IMG/VR virus record: IMGVR_UViG_3300042444_000045
Span: 32,001 to 96,000 of that record
DNA from: a virus
Strand: one strand, 5' to 3'
DNA: 64,000 nt
Part shown: positions 47,395 through 59,099 of the stretch, one piece after another
How the letters are laid out: each line of letters opens with the position of its first letter
How positions within the stretch are numbered: position 1 is the first letter of the stretch
Program-made: the position numbers and the translations under genes
The notes under the pieces: model-generated
What the model was told of the DNA's origin: nothing
Seen by the model: only the letters and a program-made list of their open reading frames with translations
Databases searched by the model: none

Positions 47395-47689
47395 GTGCTA
47401 GTTCTTTTTTAATGTCTTTAACTATAGACTTTGTACTATCTAAATCTCCTATTACTTCTGCCACCATATTCTCAAGATTAGCTTTATCTGTTACTAATTC
47501 TTGGTTCTCAGCCTTTAGTTGATTAACACTATTGGTAAGTTTCTTATTTGCTGTAGTAAGCTGTTTGTTTTCTCCGGTAAGTTGTATATTATCTTCTACA
47601 ACAACAACGTGTTCTGTACCGCTAGAAAATATTTGTATTACCACAATTGTGATAAACAATGCTCCAACTATAAGAAGTTTCTTTTTCAT
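47309..47689 (-). CDS. i-spanin-like protein (N-terminal TM helix plus coiled coil)
   Basis: MKKKLLIVGALFITIVVIQIF followed by long heptad repeats; lies in the lysis cassette. Confidence 0.55.
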   Translation of the reverse strand: MKKKLLIVGALFITIVVIQIFSSGTEHVVVVEDNIQLTGENKQLTTANKKLTNSVNQLKAENQELVTDKANLENMVAEVIGDLDSTKSIVKDIKKELAHEKDVNVKQSTGDQFDFQPIKLPTEDGN

Positions 47690-47934
47690 TTTTTTGTTTT
47701 ACCAAATAGCATCAACACAGTTTCTTTTAGACTTTTTGAGCTCTCAGTGCTTTCATCTAGTTTCTTTTCTAGATCATCTCTGTAATCACCTTCTAGCTCC
47801 TCTACTCTTGCTTTTAACTCTTCCTCACTCTTGAGTAGTTTGTTTAAAAACATCCAGCATAAATAACCCAGTGCTAAAACAGCAAAGCCTAATACTCCGT
47901 ACTGTGTTAATACTTCAAAGGGACCGAATGACAT
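47686..47934 (-). CDS. Small membrane protein, holin-like
   Basis: QYGVLGFAVLALGYLCWMFL TM helix plus coiled coil; paralogous to the next gene. Confidence 0.55.
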   Translation of the reverse strand: MSFGPFEVLTQYGVLGFAVLALGYLCWMFLNKLLKSEEELKARVEELEGDYRDDLEKKLDESTESSKSLKETVLMLFGKTKK

Positions 47935-48134
47935 TACTTCTTAGTTTTTCTCTTTACTACTTTCTTTTCTTCAAGCTCTTCTTTCATCTTCTTGTTATCA
48001 TCAAGGTATCTCTTGATAAATAACCAAGCAACATATCCAAGAGCCAATACTGCTAAACCTAGCGGACCGTAGTCTGCTAGTTGTCCAAATACACCAAAAT
48101 CTGGTGCAGTTGTTTCTACTGCTGTTGTATCCAT
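47934..48134 (-). CDS. Small membrane protein, holin-like (paralog)
   Basis: DYGPLGLAVLALGYVAWLFI TM helix plus a basic tail. Confidence 0.55.
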   Translation of the reverse strand: MDTTAVETTAPDFGVFGQLADYGPLGLAVLALGYVAWLFIKRYLDDNKKMKEELEEKKVVKRKTKK

Positions 48135-48397
48135 TATCTTTGTAATATTAATTGTTTAACTGCATCAGATAGCTCACCTACAGTTCTTGCTAGGTTCTTA
48201 ATTTCTAACTGAGTTTGTTCTTGAATTGCTTGATACTTAAGTCTTGATTCTTGTTCTACCAATTCAATTTTACCTTTAAGTTTACCTAGGCTTTCTGTGT
48301 TATTTCTAACATCTGTGTGGATCATTCTTAAAAAGTAACCAAGTACTCCTGTTACTGCAATAAGTCCCCATTGAACTAACTGTGCTATTTCCATCAT
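48134..48397 (-). CDS. Small TM plus coiled-coil protein
   Basis: N-terminal TM helix LVQWGLIAVTGVLGYFL followed by heptads. Confidence 0.6.
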   Translation of the reverse strand: MMEIAQLVQWGLIAVTGVLGYFLRMIHTDVRNNTESLGKLKGKIELVEQESRLKYQAIQEQTQLEIKNLARTVGELSDAVKQLILQR

Positions 48398-48900
48398 TTT
48401 ATAATTAATCCTGTTGTTAATAATCCATTCAGTAGAATGGAAATGTTTCTTTGCCTCTTTATTCTCTTTAAATCAAAGTCTTTAGTTGCTATAATAGTAT
48501 CCTTAGCATTGATAATGTATCTCTGCGCTTGGATAATAGTATCCTGGGCTGCTATAATAACATCCTTTTCTTTATCTCTACGGTATAGTACATGGATCAT
48601 TGTGTCCTGAATCTGGACAATGTTGAAGGTATCTTTAGAGTTTCTTACGTTATCTAACTGAGAATGTAAGTCTAATAAGCCAGCATTAAGTTCTGCAATA
48701 AACTCTTTACTATTGTCTATTACTTGCCCTTGCTCTTTTATTAGAGTCTCTTTACCTTCAATTCTTTTCTCAATTACTTTTTGCTTACTGACCGGATAAA
48801 CCTGAGTAGGTTTTCTTAAAAGCAAAAACAGGCACATCACTATAAGACATACCTGTAATATGGTTGAAAGATTAATACGTGATATATGTATGTTCCTCAT
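48394..48900 (-). CDS. Membrane-anchored coiled-coil protein (start re-assigned to ATG 48900)
   Basis: N- and C-terminal hydrophobic segments; repeated QDT.I / KDT.I units; GTATATTA element just upstream. Confidence 0.6.
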   Translation of the reverse strand: MRNIHISRINLSTILQVCLIVMCLFLLLRKPTQVYPVSKQKVIEKRIEGKETLIKEQGQVIDNSKEFIAELNAGLLDLHSQLDNVRNSKDTFNIVQIQDTMIHVLYRRDKEKDVIIAAQDTIIQAQRYIINAKDTIIATKDFDLKRIKRQRNISILLNGLLTTGLIIK

Positions 48901-48905
48901 ACATA

Positions 48906-48913
48906 TAATATAC
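48906..48913 (-). promoter_or_regulatory. GTATATTA promoter-like element of the lysis operon
   Basis: TTTTTT-GTATATTA-TATGT-ATG. Confidence 0.55.
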
Positions 48914-48920
48914 AAAAAAT

Positions 48921-51140
48921 TTATAACTTACCAAGCATATATTTCTCTGCATTTTTAGTTGTATCATCTGCTGCAAGCATTACCTTAATGATTTCTGCAT
49001 CAACATGTTTAGGATGTACCCACCAGTCTTCATAAGGACAATCATCATTAGGAGAGATATTACTTGCAATAAGCATATAACCTTTACTTAGTAAGAAATT
49101 TCTAGACTTTGTTCTAAAAGATTTTGTTACATCTGTATAGTAATCATGTTCATATGTAATTACTCCAAAAGTACACTGATCCCAAGGTAACATTGTAAGG
49201 ATCTCATAAGTAGTTCCTGGTGGTTCACAGTCAACTTGCAAGTAGTCAATATGACCTTTAAGTATAGAGTAATCAAACTTTGTAGCGTCACATAGTATAA
49301 TCTCATTCTTTCTCTGTTGTTTAAACTTGGTAACCTCATGTTCTAAGATTTCTAATGATGTACCAGTCCAACCCAATTTTTCTAGTAATGCTGTATTACT
49401 ACCATGGAATGGATCTGCAGCACCAATTTCAAAATACTTACCGTCTTTTTTACCATTAAGCATACTAAGAGTAAACATATCCTGGTAAGTTTGGGAGAAG
49501 TTTTTCATAATGGTTTCTGATCCAGAAAACTTATATCTCAATTGATCATGCAAACCTTTATGATATCTTAAGAATGGATCTGGTCCAGTACCCAATGAAG
49601 TTATATTAGTCTGTACTAGTTTTCTATATTTATCAGATAGATTATCTGCATTTGCAACCAATTCTAAGAAAATTTCTCTAGCTTCTTTTCCTCTACCAAT
49701 CCACCATGCAGCAACAGCTTTTTGAAAGCCAAGTTGATAACCACCTTCATATGCTAGATTAGCAGTCATAGGTTTTGCATAAATATGATTTCTTAAACCC
49801 ATTACAGCATAACTATACATTTGGTGATAGTTCTTTTGCTTTTCATAATACTCACTTAAGAATAAATATGCTTCTGGTCTACCTGGTTCAAGATTTAATG
49901 CATTTAACCAAAGACCAAGTTCAGTAACAGGTCTTCTAGTAAGTGTACATAAAGACTTAGCAACCATTAATACTGCTTCATATGTTCTATCAGAATTTTG
50001 AGAATACTCAGCAGTTCTTAGATAATAAGACATTGCTGATGCATAATGTCCTTGTGTAAAATAGAATTCTGCAAGTTCAAATGTTTTATCAGCATTGTAT
50101 GGGTCATTGATAAATGACTCTAGTTTATATGGAGTTGCTCCTTTAGAGTTTACTTTATCAACTCTATCAGTAAAATTGCATACATCTTCAATTACATCTG
50201 CAGGAACTTTTAAGATATAAGCTGTTGAATCTTGAAATCCAAATGGAATAATAAAGTTTTTACCATCAAATGCTAAACCACATGAGAATTCAATAGCACC
50301 TGTCATAAACTTAAACTCATCAGAGTAGTGTACTATTTTCCAATCTTTATCCCATACAATAAATCTGTGATAATAATGAGCATCTTTTCTTCCTTGTTCA
50401 TTATACCAAAGATCTACTTCATGAGTAAGTGCAATATACATACCGCGATAGGAAATAACTTGTGATCCACCTCTTATATCTCTTGGAAATATTATGTCTT
50501 GTTCTACTAAATGAATAGTTTCTGAAGTGCCTTTCTCAGGATCTACTTTTACTACTTCAGTAGGATTTGACCATTTCACATAATGATATGGCATATCAAT
50601 AATTGGCATCCAATTCTTTTCACAATATGATCCTTTACCTGGTGGTTCAATTCTTACTCTCTTGGTCTCTGTAGCTTCTTTTTCTATTGTAGAAAGCTCC
50701 ATTCTACCTTCACCATTAGTTGTAGTATCTCTACGTACTCCTGTAAGATATAATGTATCATCCCAGTAAACTACTCTAGCATCTTCAAGTCCTATAAATT
50801 CCCAAATAGGTTTTACATCTAGTTTAGATGTATCTACTCTTTGAAATTTATCTATAGAAAGTGTATTAGGATCTATCTGACATAGATAGTTAGTTGTTCT
50901 AAGAGTAACGTCATCCTCTGGATTAAGATATGCTAATGGTCCCCAGGGAGTTTGATATTTCTGTTCTCCTTCACTATGATATAGTGCGTATTGAACATGT
51001 CTTAGATTCAAAAGATAATATCCATCTACTATAAGTAGAGAAGGGTTAGTTAGTCCTAACCCTTCTGTAAGATTTGATGGTATTGTTAAGTAGTTTACAG
51101 ATCCTCCATTTTGGAGGGCAAGTTGACATAAGTTATTCAT
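48921..51140 (-). CDS. Multidomain glyco-enzyme: beta-propeller (GH43/GH130-like) + TPR + FkbM-like methyltransferase
   Basis: NPS, GLEDARV, EKNWMP, RGGSQ and IEFSCGL propeller motifs; TPR-like helices; FSQ..QD, FEIGA.DP..GSNT, IDYLQVDCE and ITYEHD methyltransferase motifs. Confidence 0.7.
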   Translation of the reverse strand: MNNLCQLALQNGGSVNYLTIPSNLTEGLGLTNPSLLIVDGYYLLNLRHVQYALYHSEGEQKYQTPWGPLAYLNPEDDVTLRTTNYLCQIDPNTLSIDKFQRVDTSKLDVKPIWEFIGLEDARVVYWDDTLYLTGVRRDTTTNGEGRMELSTIEKEATETKRVRIEPPGKGSYCEKNWMPIIDMPYHYVKWSNPTEVVKVDPEKGTSETIHLVEQDIIFPRDIRGGSQVISYRGMYIALTHEVDLWYNEQGRKDAHYYHRFIVWDKDWKIVHYSDEFKFMTGAIEFSCGLAFDGKNFIIPFGFQDSTAYILKVPADVIEDVCNFTDRVDKVNSKGATPYKLESFINDPYNADKTFELAEFYFTQGHYASAMSYYLRTAEYSQNSDRTYEAVLMVAKSLCTLTRRPVTELGLWLNALNLEPGRPEAYLFLSEYYEKQKNYHQMYSYAVMGLRNHIYAKPMTANLAYEGGYQLGFQKAVAAWWIGRGKEAREIFLELVANADNLSDKYRKLVQTNITSLGTGPDPFLRYHKGLHDQLRYKFSGSETIMKNFSQTYQDMFTLSMLNGKKDGKYFEIGAADPFHGSNTALLEKLGWTGTSLEILEHEVTKFKQQRKNEIILCDATKFDYSILKGHIDYLQVDCEPPGTTYEILTMLPWDQCTFGVITYEHDYYTDVTKSFRTKSRNFLLSKGYMLIASNISPNDDCPYEDWWVHPKHVDAEIIKVMLAADDTTKNAEKYMLGKL

Positions 51141-51158
51141 CTGCTGTTGGTTTTACAA

Positions 51159-51166
51159 CAAATATA
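51159..51166 (-). promoter_or_regulatory. Bacteroidetes-type -7 element TATATTTG
   Basis: 18 nt upstream of the ATG at 51140. Confidence 0.6.
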
Positions 51167-51186
51167 ATATAATTTTTCAACTCATA

Positions 51187-54100
51187 CTATACACAACTTC
51201 TTTGTACACTTAATGTCCAAGTAAGTTTTACTTGAAAATCTGGATCTGAAGCAGAAGAACCTGTAACATTATGACCTACTGTCATAAATGTATCACATGC
51301 ATCATAAGCATCAGATAATGGAACTTCTAAAGTATAACAAACATATTGATCAGTTATACTAAAACCTGTTGAACCATTAGCTAAAGATGTTTGTGGAAAT
51401 ACATTAGTAATAGGATTCCATGTACTACATTGAATGTACCCAATATAATACTCAATAGCAGTTGGCGGATCTACTGTATAGTTATTTTGAATCCATGCCA
51501 TTCCACATAGTGTAACAACATCACCAGATTGTAAATCATGAGGAAGAGCAATTCCACAATTAAGATTTTGAGTAAGAATTGGGTCTGTTCTTTCTCTACT
51601 AACTGTACTAACAACATTTAAGTCACAACCATTCCATCCACAATCTGCCTCACCAATATAATATTTACCAGATCCTAAGTTTGTATCATCTGTATATGAA
51701 GTAGAGTTTGAAGCAATTATCCAGTTTTCAACAGTACAACCTCCACCTCCACCACCGGAAGGACCTTGAACACCCTGAGTTCCTTGAGTACCAGTACCAA
51801 TAATACCTTGAATACCTTGCGCACCAGTACTACCCGTAGCACCTGTGGTTCCTTGTGCTCCTGTTCCACCAGTAGCACCGGTTGCTCCTTGAGCTCCAGT
51901 TGCTCCTTGATTTCCTTGTGGTCCAGTAGATCCAACAATACCTTGAATACCCTGTGCTCCAGTAGACCCAGTACTTCCCACAATACCTTGTATACCTTGA
52001 GCTCCGGTTGATCCTACTGATCCCTGTGATCCTGTAGTACCCTGACTTCCAGTTCCTCCAGTTGCACCTGTTGTTCCTTGTGTACCCTGAGCTCCTGTAT
52101 TACCTGTAGTTCCTGTAGTACCTTGTCTACCCTGGATTCCTTGAATACCCTGTAAACCTGTTGCACCAGTAGCTCCTTGTGCACCGGTACCTCCAGTTCC
52201 ACCAACAGCACCTTGAGTACCAGTGGTTCCTTGATTACCAGTTGCACCAATTGCTCCTTGACTACCAATAACACCTTGAGAACCTGTACTACCAATAGCT
52301 CCCTGAGCTCCTGTTGCACCTGTCGTACCTTGAGAGCCTACAGTTCCTTGAGCTCCTGTAGCTCCGGTTGTTCCTTGTGAGCCTGTTGCTCCTACAGTAC
52401 CCTGAGTTCCAGTGGTACCCTGTGAACCAGTACTTCCTATTGCACCTTGTGCACCCGTAGCTCCTGTTGGTCCTGTATTACCTACAATACCCTGGATACC
52501 TTGAGAACCTGTGGCACCGGTTGAACCTGTGGTTCCTTGTGCACCTGTATTTCCAACAAAGCCTTGAATACCTTGACTTCCTGTTGCACCAGTTGCACCC
52601 GTAGTACCTTGACTACCTACAGCTCCTTGCGCTCCAGTAGATCCAGTTGTACCAACAGCACCCTGTGCTCCAATTGCACCTTGTGCTCCTGTGTTACCAG
52701 TTGCTCCAGTACTGCCTTGTGAACCAATTGCACCTTGTGTACCAGTACTACCTGTAGAGCCTTGTGAGCCCGTAGCACCAATAGCACCCTGTGTTCCAGT
52801 AACACCTTGTCGGCCTTGTATACCTTGAATACCTTGTAATCCAGTAGCACCAGTATTACCTGTAATACCTTGTATACCTTGTGTTCCTTGTGACCCAGTG
52901 GCACCAGTCGCTCCAGTTGTACCTTGACTTCCAGTTGTTCCCTGAGAACCAGTAGAACCAGTTGAACCCTGACTACCAGTAGCTCCTGTTGTACCCTGTG
53001 TTCCCACAGCTCCTTGAGATCCTGTAGATCCAATTGCTCCTTGGGCACCGGTTGCACCAGTTTGTCCTTGAAGACCTGTTAATCCTTGAAGACCTGTTGT
53101 ACCTTGAGCTCCCGTAGCACCAGTAGTACCTGTAGTTCCTTGAGCCCCGGTAGTGCCTTGACTACCTATAGCACCCTGAGAACCGGTTGCTCCAGTTGTT
53201 CCTGTAGCTCCTTGAGTTCCAGTGGTACCTTGTGCCCCTGTTGCGCCAGTAGTACCCTGTGATCCAGTTGTTCCCTGAGCTCCGGTATTTCCTGTAGCAC
53301 CAGTAGATCCTTGAGAACCTGTTGTTCCTTGAGATCCTGTACTACCAGTACTTCCTTGTGATCCAGTTGCTCCGGTTGTACCTTGTGCACCAACAGGGCC
53401 TATTACACCTTGAGTACCTTGAGTACCAGTTACACCTTGAATTCCTAATGTTCCTTGTACACCTTGGATACCTAAAGTTCCTTGAGTTCCTTGAGCTCCA
53501 GTTAAACCTGTAGTACCTTGTGTGCCGGTAGTACCTTGAGATCCTGTTGAACCAGTAGCACCTTGACTTCCTGTATTACCAGTAGTTCCTTGACTACCTA
53601 CTGCGCCTTGTGTTCCTGTTGCACCAGTACTTCCCTGCGCGCCTGTAGCACCTGTGGTACCTTGGCTACCAGTTAATCCTTGTAAACCTGTTGCACCCGT
53701 TGTTCCAGTTGTCCCTTGTGTACCAGTGGTACCCTGAGTTCCGGTTGTCCCTTGGGCTCCAGTAGTTCCTTGTGCTCCAGTATTACCTAAAGTTCCTTGG
53801 ATTCCTTGAATACCTTGAAGTCCTGTTGTACCTGTAGTCCCTTGTGAACCAGTTGTGCCTTGGGCTCCAGTCGCGCCAGTGGTGCCCTGTGAGCCAGTAG
53901 CTCCGGTAGAACCTTGAGAACCTATAGCTCCTTGGCTACCAGTAGAACCTGTACTACCCTGAGATCCAGTAGCACCAACAGTACCTTGTAATCCTATTAC
54001 ACCCTGTATACCTTGAATACCTAATAATCCTTGAATACCCTGTGTACCAGTAGTTCCTTGGGATCCAGTTATACCTTGAGTCCCTTGTGCACCAATAGCA

Positions 54101-57100
54101 CCTTCACGTCCTTGAATACCCTGTACTCCTTGTAATCCTGTAGTTCCTTGCGCACCTGTTGCCCCAGTAGTTCCTTGAGAACCAGTAGCACCTACAGTGC
54201 CTTGTGCACCTACGGTACCTTGGGCTCCAGTACTTCCGGTAGCTCCTTGTGACCCAGTTAAACCAGTTGTTCCTTGTGAACCTACAGCACCCTGAGTACC
54301 TGTTGTTCCTGTTGAACCTTGAGATCCTGTGGCTCCTGTAGTACCTTGAGAACCGGTAGTTCCCTGAACTCCATTAGTACCCTGTGTACCAGTTAAACCT
54401 TGTAATCCTTGTATTCCTTGTAAACCCTGTAAACCTACAGCACCTTGTGTACCTATTGCTCCCTGAGTTCCTGTAATTCCTTGAGAACCAGTAGTTCCTT
54501 GAGGCCCATATGCATATAATGCAGCATCTAACCAAGTACCAGTTCCTGCTCCATTAATATCTTGAGAAGTTGGATTACCTGTAAATGCAGTTAATTCAAT
54601 ATAATCAGTAGTACCATTGAAATAAAGAATAGTATTAATTGACTGGAAATAACCAATTGTTGTATTTGCAATTGGATTTTGAGCAATTGCTACTTGTGTA
54701 GAACCATTTTTTCTTAATTGTATATTGTTCTGATCATTATTGACTGATCCTGCATTCCACCATACTTGAGCATTAACTAAATAATATCCTGCTGTAGTAG
54801 GTTTAAATTGATTTGATGTAAACCAGTTATTAGGATCAAAATCATCAACTAAAGTTACTACGGTATCAGTACCATTTGGTATGGTTTGAGCTGTTCCATT
54901 TTTAACAGCTTTACCTACATAAGATCCTGGTGTTAATAAACCACCATCAAATCCTTGAATACCTTGTATTCCCTGAGTACCTTGAGTTCCCTGAGATCCA
55001 GTAGTTCCGGTGGTTCCTTGACTTCCTGTTGTACCTTGGCTACCTGTACTACCAGTTGATCCTTGGCTTCCTGTAGCACCTATAGTACCTTGCGTACCAA
55101 TTTGCCCTTGAGTACCTTGAATACCTAATAGACCTTGGATTCCTTGAGTTCCTTGCACACCTTGTAATCCAGTTGTACCTTGAATTCCTTGAATTCCCTG
55201 TGTACCAACTAAACCTTGAATACCTTGGATACCAGTTATACCTTGTAGTCCTTGGATTCCAGTTGTTCCTTGTACCCCTTGTGGACCTGTTACATTACCA
55301 ACATCATCCCATTCAGTACCATCCCAAACCCATAAATGTCCAGTATCAGTAGTAATATAACCATCACCAATATTTCCTGTGTATGAGTTAGGCCATCCAG
55401 GTAATGATGTTGAGGTACTCACACTACCGATAATAGTAATTGAGTTACCTGATGTACCTTGAGAACCTAATTGTCCTTGCACACCTTGTATGCCTTGAAT
55501 ACCTTGTAAACCTTGAGTACCAGTTGTACCTTGAACACCTGTTTGTCCTTGAATACCTGTAGTACCTTGCACACCTTGAACTCCAAGTATACCTTGGGTA
55601 CCCTGTGCACCAGTATTACCGGTTGTCCCTTGTGTTCCTTGAGATCCATTTAATCCAGATGTACCTTGTGAACCAGTTGAACCCTGTGATCCTGTAGATC
55701 CAGTGCTACCTTGTGATCCAGTAACACCTGTTGTTCCCTGATTACCAATAGTTCCCTGAGCACCAATAGTTCCTTGTGTTCCAACTTGACCTTGAACACC
55801 AACTTGACCTTGTACTCCAAGTTGTCCTTGTATACCTTGAGTACCCTGAACTCCCTGTACACCAAGAGTACCTTGTACTCCTTGAATACCTTGAGTTCCA
55901 ACTGTACCCTGAGCACCAATAGTACCTTGATTACCCAATGTTCCTTGAATACCTTGAGAGCCTGTTGCTCCTTGTAAACCAATTAAACCTTGAGAACCAG
56001 TAGATCCTGTGGTACCTTGAGAACCTGTATCACCAGTAATACCTTGCAATCCTGTACTTCCTTGTGCTCCCGTACTTCCTGTAGAACCTTGGCTTCCAGT
56101 ATTTCCTGTTGTACCCTGTACGCCAATTTGACCTTGAACACCTTGAATACCTTGAACTCCCTGAGGCCCAAATGTTCCCTGTGTTCCTTGAGTACCTAAA
56201 GCACCTTGGGTACCAGTAGCACCTTGTGGACCAAGTTGAGTATAAGTAACTTGGAATGTATTAATAATTACAGAAGGAATTGCAGGATAAGGAGCTGATG
56301 CTGGATCATATTCTAATCTAATATTAGTATTATTAACAGCCCATGCAATTTCATAGTAATCTCCGGCATCTACTGTAAATATAAAATCTAATGATGATAC
56401 ATTATAAGCAAGATTAGAAGGTACAAGATATTTAGTAGCTGAATCAGCTACGGAAGTTCCATTCTTTTTTAACCAAACATCAACTACATCACCTGAACCC
56501 CCTCCACCAGTATAATGGAACTGAACTGAAAAATTAAAAGCATATGTACCTGCAGCTGAATATGTTACTTGAGTACCTCCTACAACAGATACTCCATTAG
56601 AGTAAGAAGTTGTATTGACAGTCATTATATATTCTGTATTGATAGCTGCAGCAGTTTGATCAACTGTAGAATACCATGAACCATAATACGCTACAGTACC
56701 TCCAGCACCTGTTGTACCGGTAAGACCTTGTACTCCCTGTATACCCTGAAGTCCTAAAGATCCCTGTATACCTTGAACTCCTTGTGTTCCAGTTAGACCT
56801 GTAACACCTTGTAAACCAATAGATCCTTGCGCGCCTGTACTACCAATTGCACCCTGACTTCCGGTATTTCCAGTTGCACCTTGACTTCCTTCTAGACCTT
56901 GTGCTCCTATACCGCCTTGTAAGCCAACAGAACCTTGTGTACCAGTAGTACCTTGACTACCAGTAATTCCTTGAATTCCTTGGCTACCTTGAACTCCAAT
57001 AGGACCAATTTGTCCTTGAACTCCTTGCGTTCCTTGAGAACCTAAGATACCTTGTGTACCAGTTTCTCCCTGTACACCTACATTTCCTTGAATACCTTGA

Positions 57101-58869
57101 CTACCAGTTGAGCCTTGTGTTCCAGTTATACCCTGACTACCTGTTGATCCAGTTGTTCCTTGACTACCTGTATCTCCAGTTAAACCTTGTAAGCCAACCG
57201 CACCCTGAGACCCTGTACTTCCTGTAGATCCTTGAGAACCTGTATTACCAAGTGTTCCTTGTGTACCTTGTAAACCAATACTTCCTTGAATACCTTCAGT
57301 TCCTTGAGTCCCAATTGCACCCTGGCTACCAGTTGTACCTTGTACACCAAGAGATCCTTGGGTTCCTTGTGCACCTTGAGTACCTGTAAATCCAGTAGAA
57401 CCCTGTGTACCTGTTGTACCCTGACTACCGGTAGAACCTGTAGAACCTTGACTGCCGGTGTTACCAGTAGAACCTTGGCTACCAACAGAACCTTGTAATC
57501 CTTCTAAACCTTGTAAACCTGTATTTCCTTGTACACCAATAGAACCTTGAGTACCTAAGATACCTTGAGTTCCTTGGGAACCTACTGTTCCCTGTACACC
57601 TTGTTGTCCTAATGTGCCTTGAACTCCCTGGATTCCTTGTGTTCCAGTAGAACCTTGCAAACCAGTTGATCCTTGTGCACCATCATTACCTGTAGTTCCC
57701 TGTGGACCAGAAGTACCCTGAACACCTTGAGAACCAAGAGCTCCCTGTGAACCTGTAGTACCAGTTGATCCCTGCGTACCTACTGTACCTTGTGAACCTG
57801 TGCTACCAGTACTACCCTGAGAACCAGTGTTACCAGTAGTTCCTTGAATGCCCTGAGTACCTATACTACCTTGTGTTCCTGATGAACCTTGTGTACCATC
57901 TGTTCCTTGAGATCCTGTGGTACCTTGTACTCCTAATGAGCCTTGAATACCCTGTGAACCTTGTAAACCTGTAAATCCTGTTGATCCTTGTGTACCAACA
58001 GCACCTTGTGAGCCAGTAGATCCTGTAGATCCCTGACTACCAGTATTTCCTACAGTACCCTGTGGACCGATTACACCTTGCAATCCTATGATACCCTGAG
58101 TACCAATTTGCCCTTGGGTTCCTGTAGTACCCTGTTGTCCTAAACTTCCTTGGACACCTTGAGTTCCTATTTGACCTTGAATTCCCTGAATACCTTGAGC
58201 TCCAAGGTCACCTCTCTCACCTTGTATTCCTTGAGATCCCTGAAGACCTGTAATACCTTGTGAACCAGTATTTCCAGTTGTTCCTTGTGGTCCTGTAGTT
58301 CCTTGTACACCCTGAGATCCTAATGCACCTTGAGAACCAGTAGTTCCGGTTTGTCCTTGAGCACCAATTCCTCCTTGTGCTCCTGTAGAACCTACGGCTC
58401 CTTGAGAACCAGTGTCTCCCTTAAGACCTTGAGCACCAACCGTACCTTGAGCACCGGTTGATCCAATAGCACCTTGAGATCCTGTTACACCAATTTGTCC
58501 TTGTGCACCAGTTAAACCTTGTATGCCTTGAATCCCAGTAGAACCTTGACTTCCGCGGATACCTTGAATACCTTGGCTTCCTACAGCTCCACCACCATCT
58601 ACCCAGTTTACTATATCTTGTAAACTTTGAGATACTGTTGAATCTGTAGCAATAACTGTTTGGGATCCAGCTGTAATATTTGCACCTGTATATATTACGC
58701 AATCTGCATTGGTTACTTCTGCACACTGTTCTTCTTCAGGACAAGCATCAGGAGTAGGACAAGCTGGTGGAGTTGTTAAACCAGTTGTACACACAGCACA
58801 TTTCCCACAATTATTACAACCTGTGTTAGTAAAAATACTTTCTAACTGACCGGATCTTTTAGGTATCAT
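51187..58869 (-). CDS. Giant collagen-like tail fibre (2560 aa)
   Basis: About 1900 aa of Gly-X-Y in four blocks; Cys-rich N-terminal attachment domain; two C1q/BclA-CTD-like inserts; a [12 protein letters not shown] insert; globular C-terminal domain. Confidence 0.9.
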   Translation of the reverse strand: MIPKRSGQLESIFTNTGCNNCGKCAVCTTGLTTPPACPTPDACPEEEQCAEVTNADCVIYTGANITAGSQTVIATDSTVSQSLQDIVNWVDGGGAVGSQGIQGIRGSQGSTGIQGIQGLTGAQGQIGVTGSQGAIGSTGAQGTVGAQGLKGDTGSQGAVGSTGAQGGIGAQGQTGTTGSQGALGSQGVQGTTGPQGTTGNTGSQGITGLQGSQGIQGERGDLGAQGIQGIQGQIGTQGVQGSLGQQGTTGTQGQIGTQGIIGLQGVIGPQGTVGNTGSQGSTGSTGSQGAVGTQGSTGFTGLQGSQGIQGSLGVQGTTGSQGTDGTQGSSGTQGSIGTQGIQGTTGNTGSQGSTGSTGSQGTVGTQGSTGTTGSQGALGSQGVQGTSGPQGTTGNDGAQGSTGLQGSTGTQGIQGVQGTLGQQGVQGTVGSQGTQGILGTQGSIGVQGNTGLQGLEGLQGSVGSQGSTGNTGSQGSTGSTGSQGTTGTQGSTGFTGTQGAQGTQGSLGVQGTTGSQGAIGTQGTEGIQGSIGLQGTQGTLGNTGSQGSTGSTGSQGAVGLQGLTGDTGSQGTTGSTGSQGITGTQGSTGSQGIQGNVGVQGETGTQGILGSQGTQGVQGQIGPIGVQGSQGIQGITGSQGTTGTQGSVGLQGGIGAQGLEGSQGATGNTGSQGAIGSTGAQGSIGLQGVTGLTGTQGVQGIQGSLGLQGIQGVQGLTGTTGAGGTVAYYGSWYSTVDQTAAAINTEYIMTVNTTSYSNGVSVVGGTQVTYSAAGTYAFNFSVQFHYTGGGGSGDVVDVWLKKNGTSVADSATKYLVPSNLAYNVSSLDFIFTVDAGDYYEIAWAVNNTNIRLEYDPASAPYPAIPSVIINTFQVTYTQLGPQGATGTQGALGTQGTQGTFGPQGVQGIQGVQGQIGVQGTTGNTGSQGSTGSTGAQGSTGLQGITGDTGSQGTTGSTGSQGLIGLQGATGSQGIQGTLGNQGTIGAQGTVGTQGIQGVQGTLGVQGVQGTQGIQGQLGVQGQVGVQGQVGTQGTIGAQGTIGNQGTTGVTGSQGSTGSTGSQGSTGSQGTSGLNGSQGTQGTTGNTGAQGTQGILGVQGVQGTTGIQGQTGVQGTTGTQGLQGIQGIQGVQGQLGSQGTSGNSITIIGSVSTSTSLPGWPNSYTGNIGDGYITTDTGHLWVWDGTEWDDVGNVTGPQGVQGTTGIQGLQGITGIQGIQGLVGTQGIQGIQGTTGLQGVQGTQGIQGLLGIQGTQGQIGTQGTIGATGSQGSTGSTGSQGTTGSQGTTGTTGSQGTQGTQGIQGIQGFDGGLLTPGSYVGKAVKNGTAQTIPNGTDTVVTLVDDFDPNNWFTSNQFKPTTAGYYLVNAQVWWNAGSVNNDQNNIQLRKNGSTQVAIAQNPIANTTIGYFQSINTILYFNGTTDYIELTAFTGNPTSQDINGAGTGTWLDAALYAYGPQGTTGSQGITGTQGAIGTQGAVGLQGLQGIQGLQGLTGTQGTNGVQGTTGSQGTTGATGSQGSTGTTGTQGAVGSQGTTGLTGSQGATGSTGAQGTVGAQGTVGATGSQGTTGATGAQGTTGLQGVQGIQGREGAIGAQGTQGITGSQGTTGTQGIQGLLGIQGIQGVIGLQGTVGATGSQGSTGSTGSQGAIGSQGSTGATGSQGTTGATGAQGTTGSQGTTGTTGLQGIQGIQGTLGNTGAQGTTGAQGTTGTQGTTGTQGTTGTTGATGLQGLTGSQGTTGATGAQGSTGATGTQGAVGSQGTTGNTGSQGATGSTGSQGTTGTQGTTGLTGAQGTQGTLGIQGVQGTLGIQGVTGTQGTQGVIGPVGAQGTTGATGSQGSTGSTGSQGTTGSQGSTGATGNTGAQGTTGSQGTTGATGAQGTTGTQGATGTTGATGSQGAIGSQGTTGAQGTTGTTGATGAQGTTGLQGLTGLQGQTGATGAQGAIGSTGSQGAVGTQGTTGATGSQGSTGSTGSQGTTGSQGTTGATGATGSQGTQGIQGITGNTGATGLQGIQGIQGRQGVTGTQGAIGATGSQGSTGSTGTQGAIGSQGSTGATGNTGAQGAIGAQGAVGTTGSTGAQGAVGSQGTTGATGATGSQGIQGFVGNTGAQGTTGSTGATGSQGIQGIVGNTGPTGATGAQGAIGSTGSQGTTGTQGTVGATGSQGTTGATGAQGTVGSQGTTGATGAQGAIGSTGSQGVIGSQGAIGATGNQGTTGTQGAVGGTGGTGAQGATGATGLQGIQGIQGRQGTTGTTGNTGAQGTQGTTGATGGTGSQGTTGSQGSVGSTGAQGIQGIVGSTGSTGAQGIQGIVGSTGPQGNQGATGAQGATGATGGTGAQGTTGATGSTGAQGIQGIIGTGTQGTQGVQGPSGGGGGGCTVENWIIASNSTSYTDDTNLGSGKYYIGEADCGWNGCDLNVVSTVSRERTDPILTQNLNCGIALPHDLQSGDVVTLCGMAWIQNNYTVDPPTAIEYYIGYIQCSTWNPITNVFPQTSLANGSTGFSITDQYVCYTLEVPLSDAYDACDTFMTVGHNVTGSSASDPDFQVKLTWTLSVQRSCV
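51760..58590 (-). repeat. Coding 9/18-bp periodic repeats (G-x-Q-G-x-x collagen triplets)
   Basis: Plus-strand CCTTG/CCCTG recurs every 9-18 bp; boundaries are approximate. Confidence 0.9.
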
Positions 58870-59099
58870 TATATCTCTTCTTCTAAGTTAACATCAAATT
58901 CAATTGGCTCTCCTAATATAGGTAAGAGAGATTCATCAAATAAGATGAAATAAATATTATCATTCTGTGAGTATTCAAAACCTGCCCAATGTTGTGTAAC
59001 ATCATCAGGGCTTTTTGGAATACTATAATATGTATCGCATTGTTGTACAGCAGCTTCTGCATCTGCAACATTAATATATGTATAGCCTCTAAAAACCAT
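58869..59099 (-). CDS. Small acidic hypothetical protein (possible fibre chaperone)
   Basis: 76 aa; translationally coupled to the collagen gene. Confidence 0.6.
   Translation of the reverse strand: MVFRGYTYINVADAEAAVQQCDTYYSIPKSPDDVTQHWAGFEYSQNDNIYFILFDESLLPILGEPIEFDVNLEEEI

Noticed and set aside
51760-58590. Dense short repeats that could be mistaken for a CRISPR array or satellite
   Set aside because: The 9/18-bp periodicity is explained by Gly-X-Y codons in one open frame; there is no constant repeat with unique spacers.
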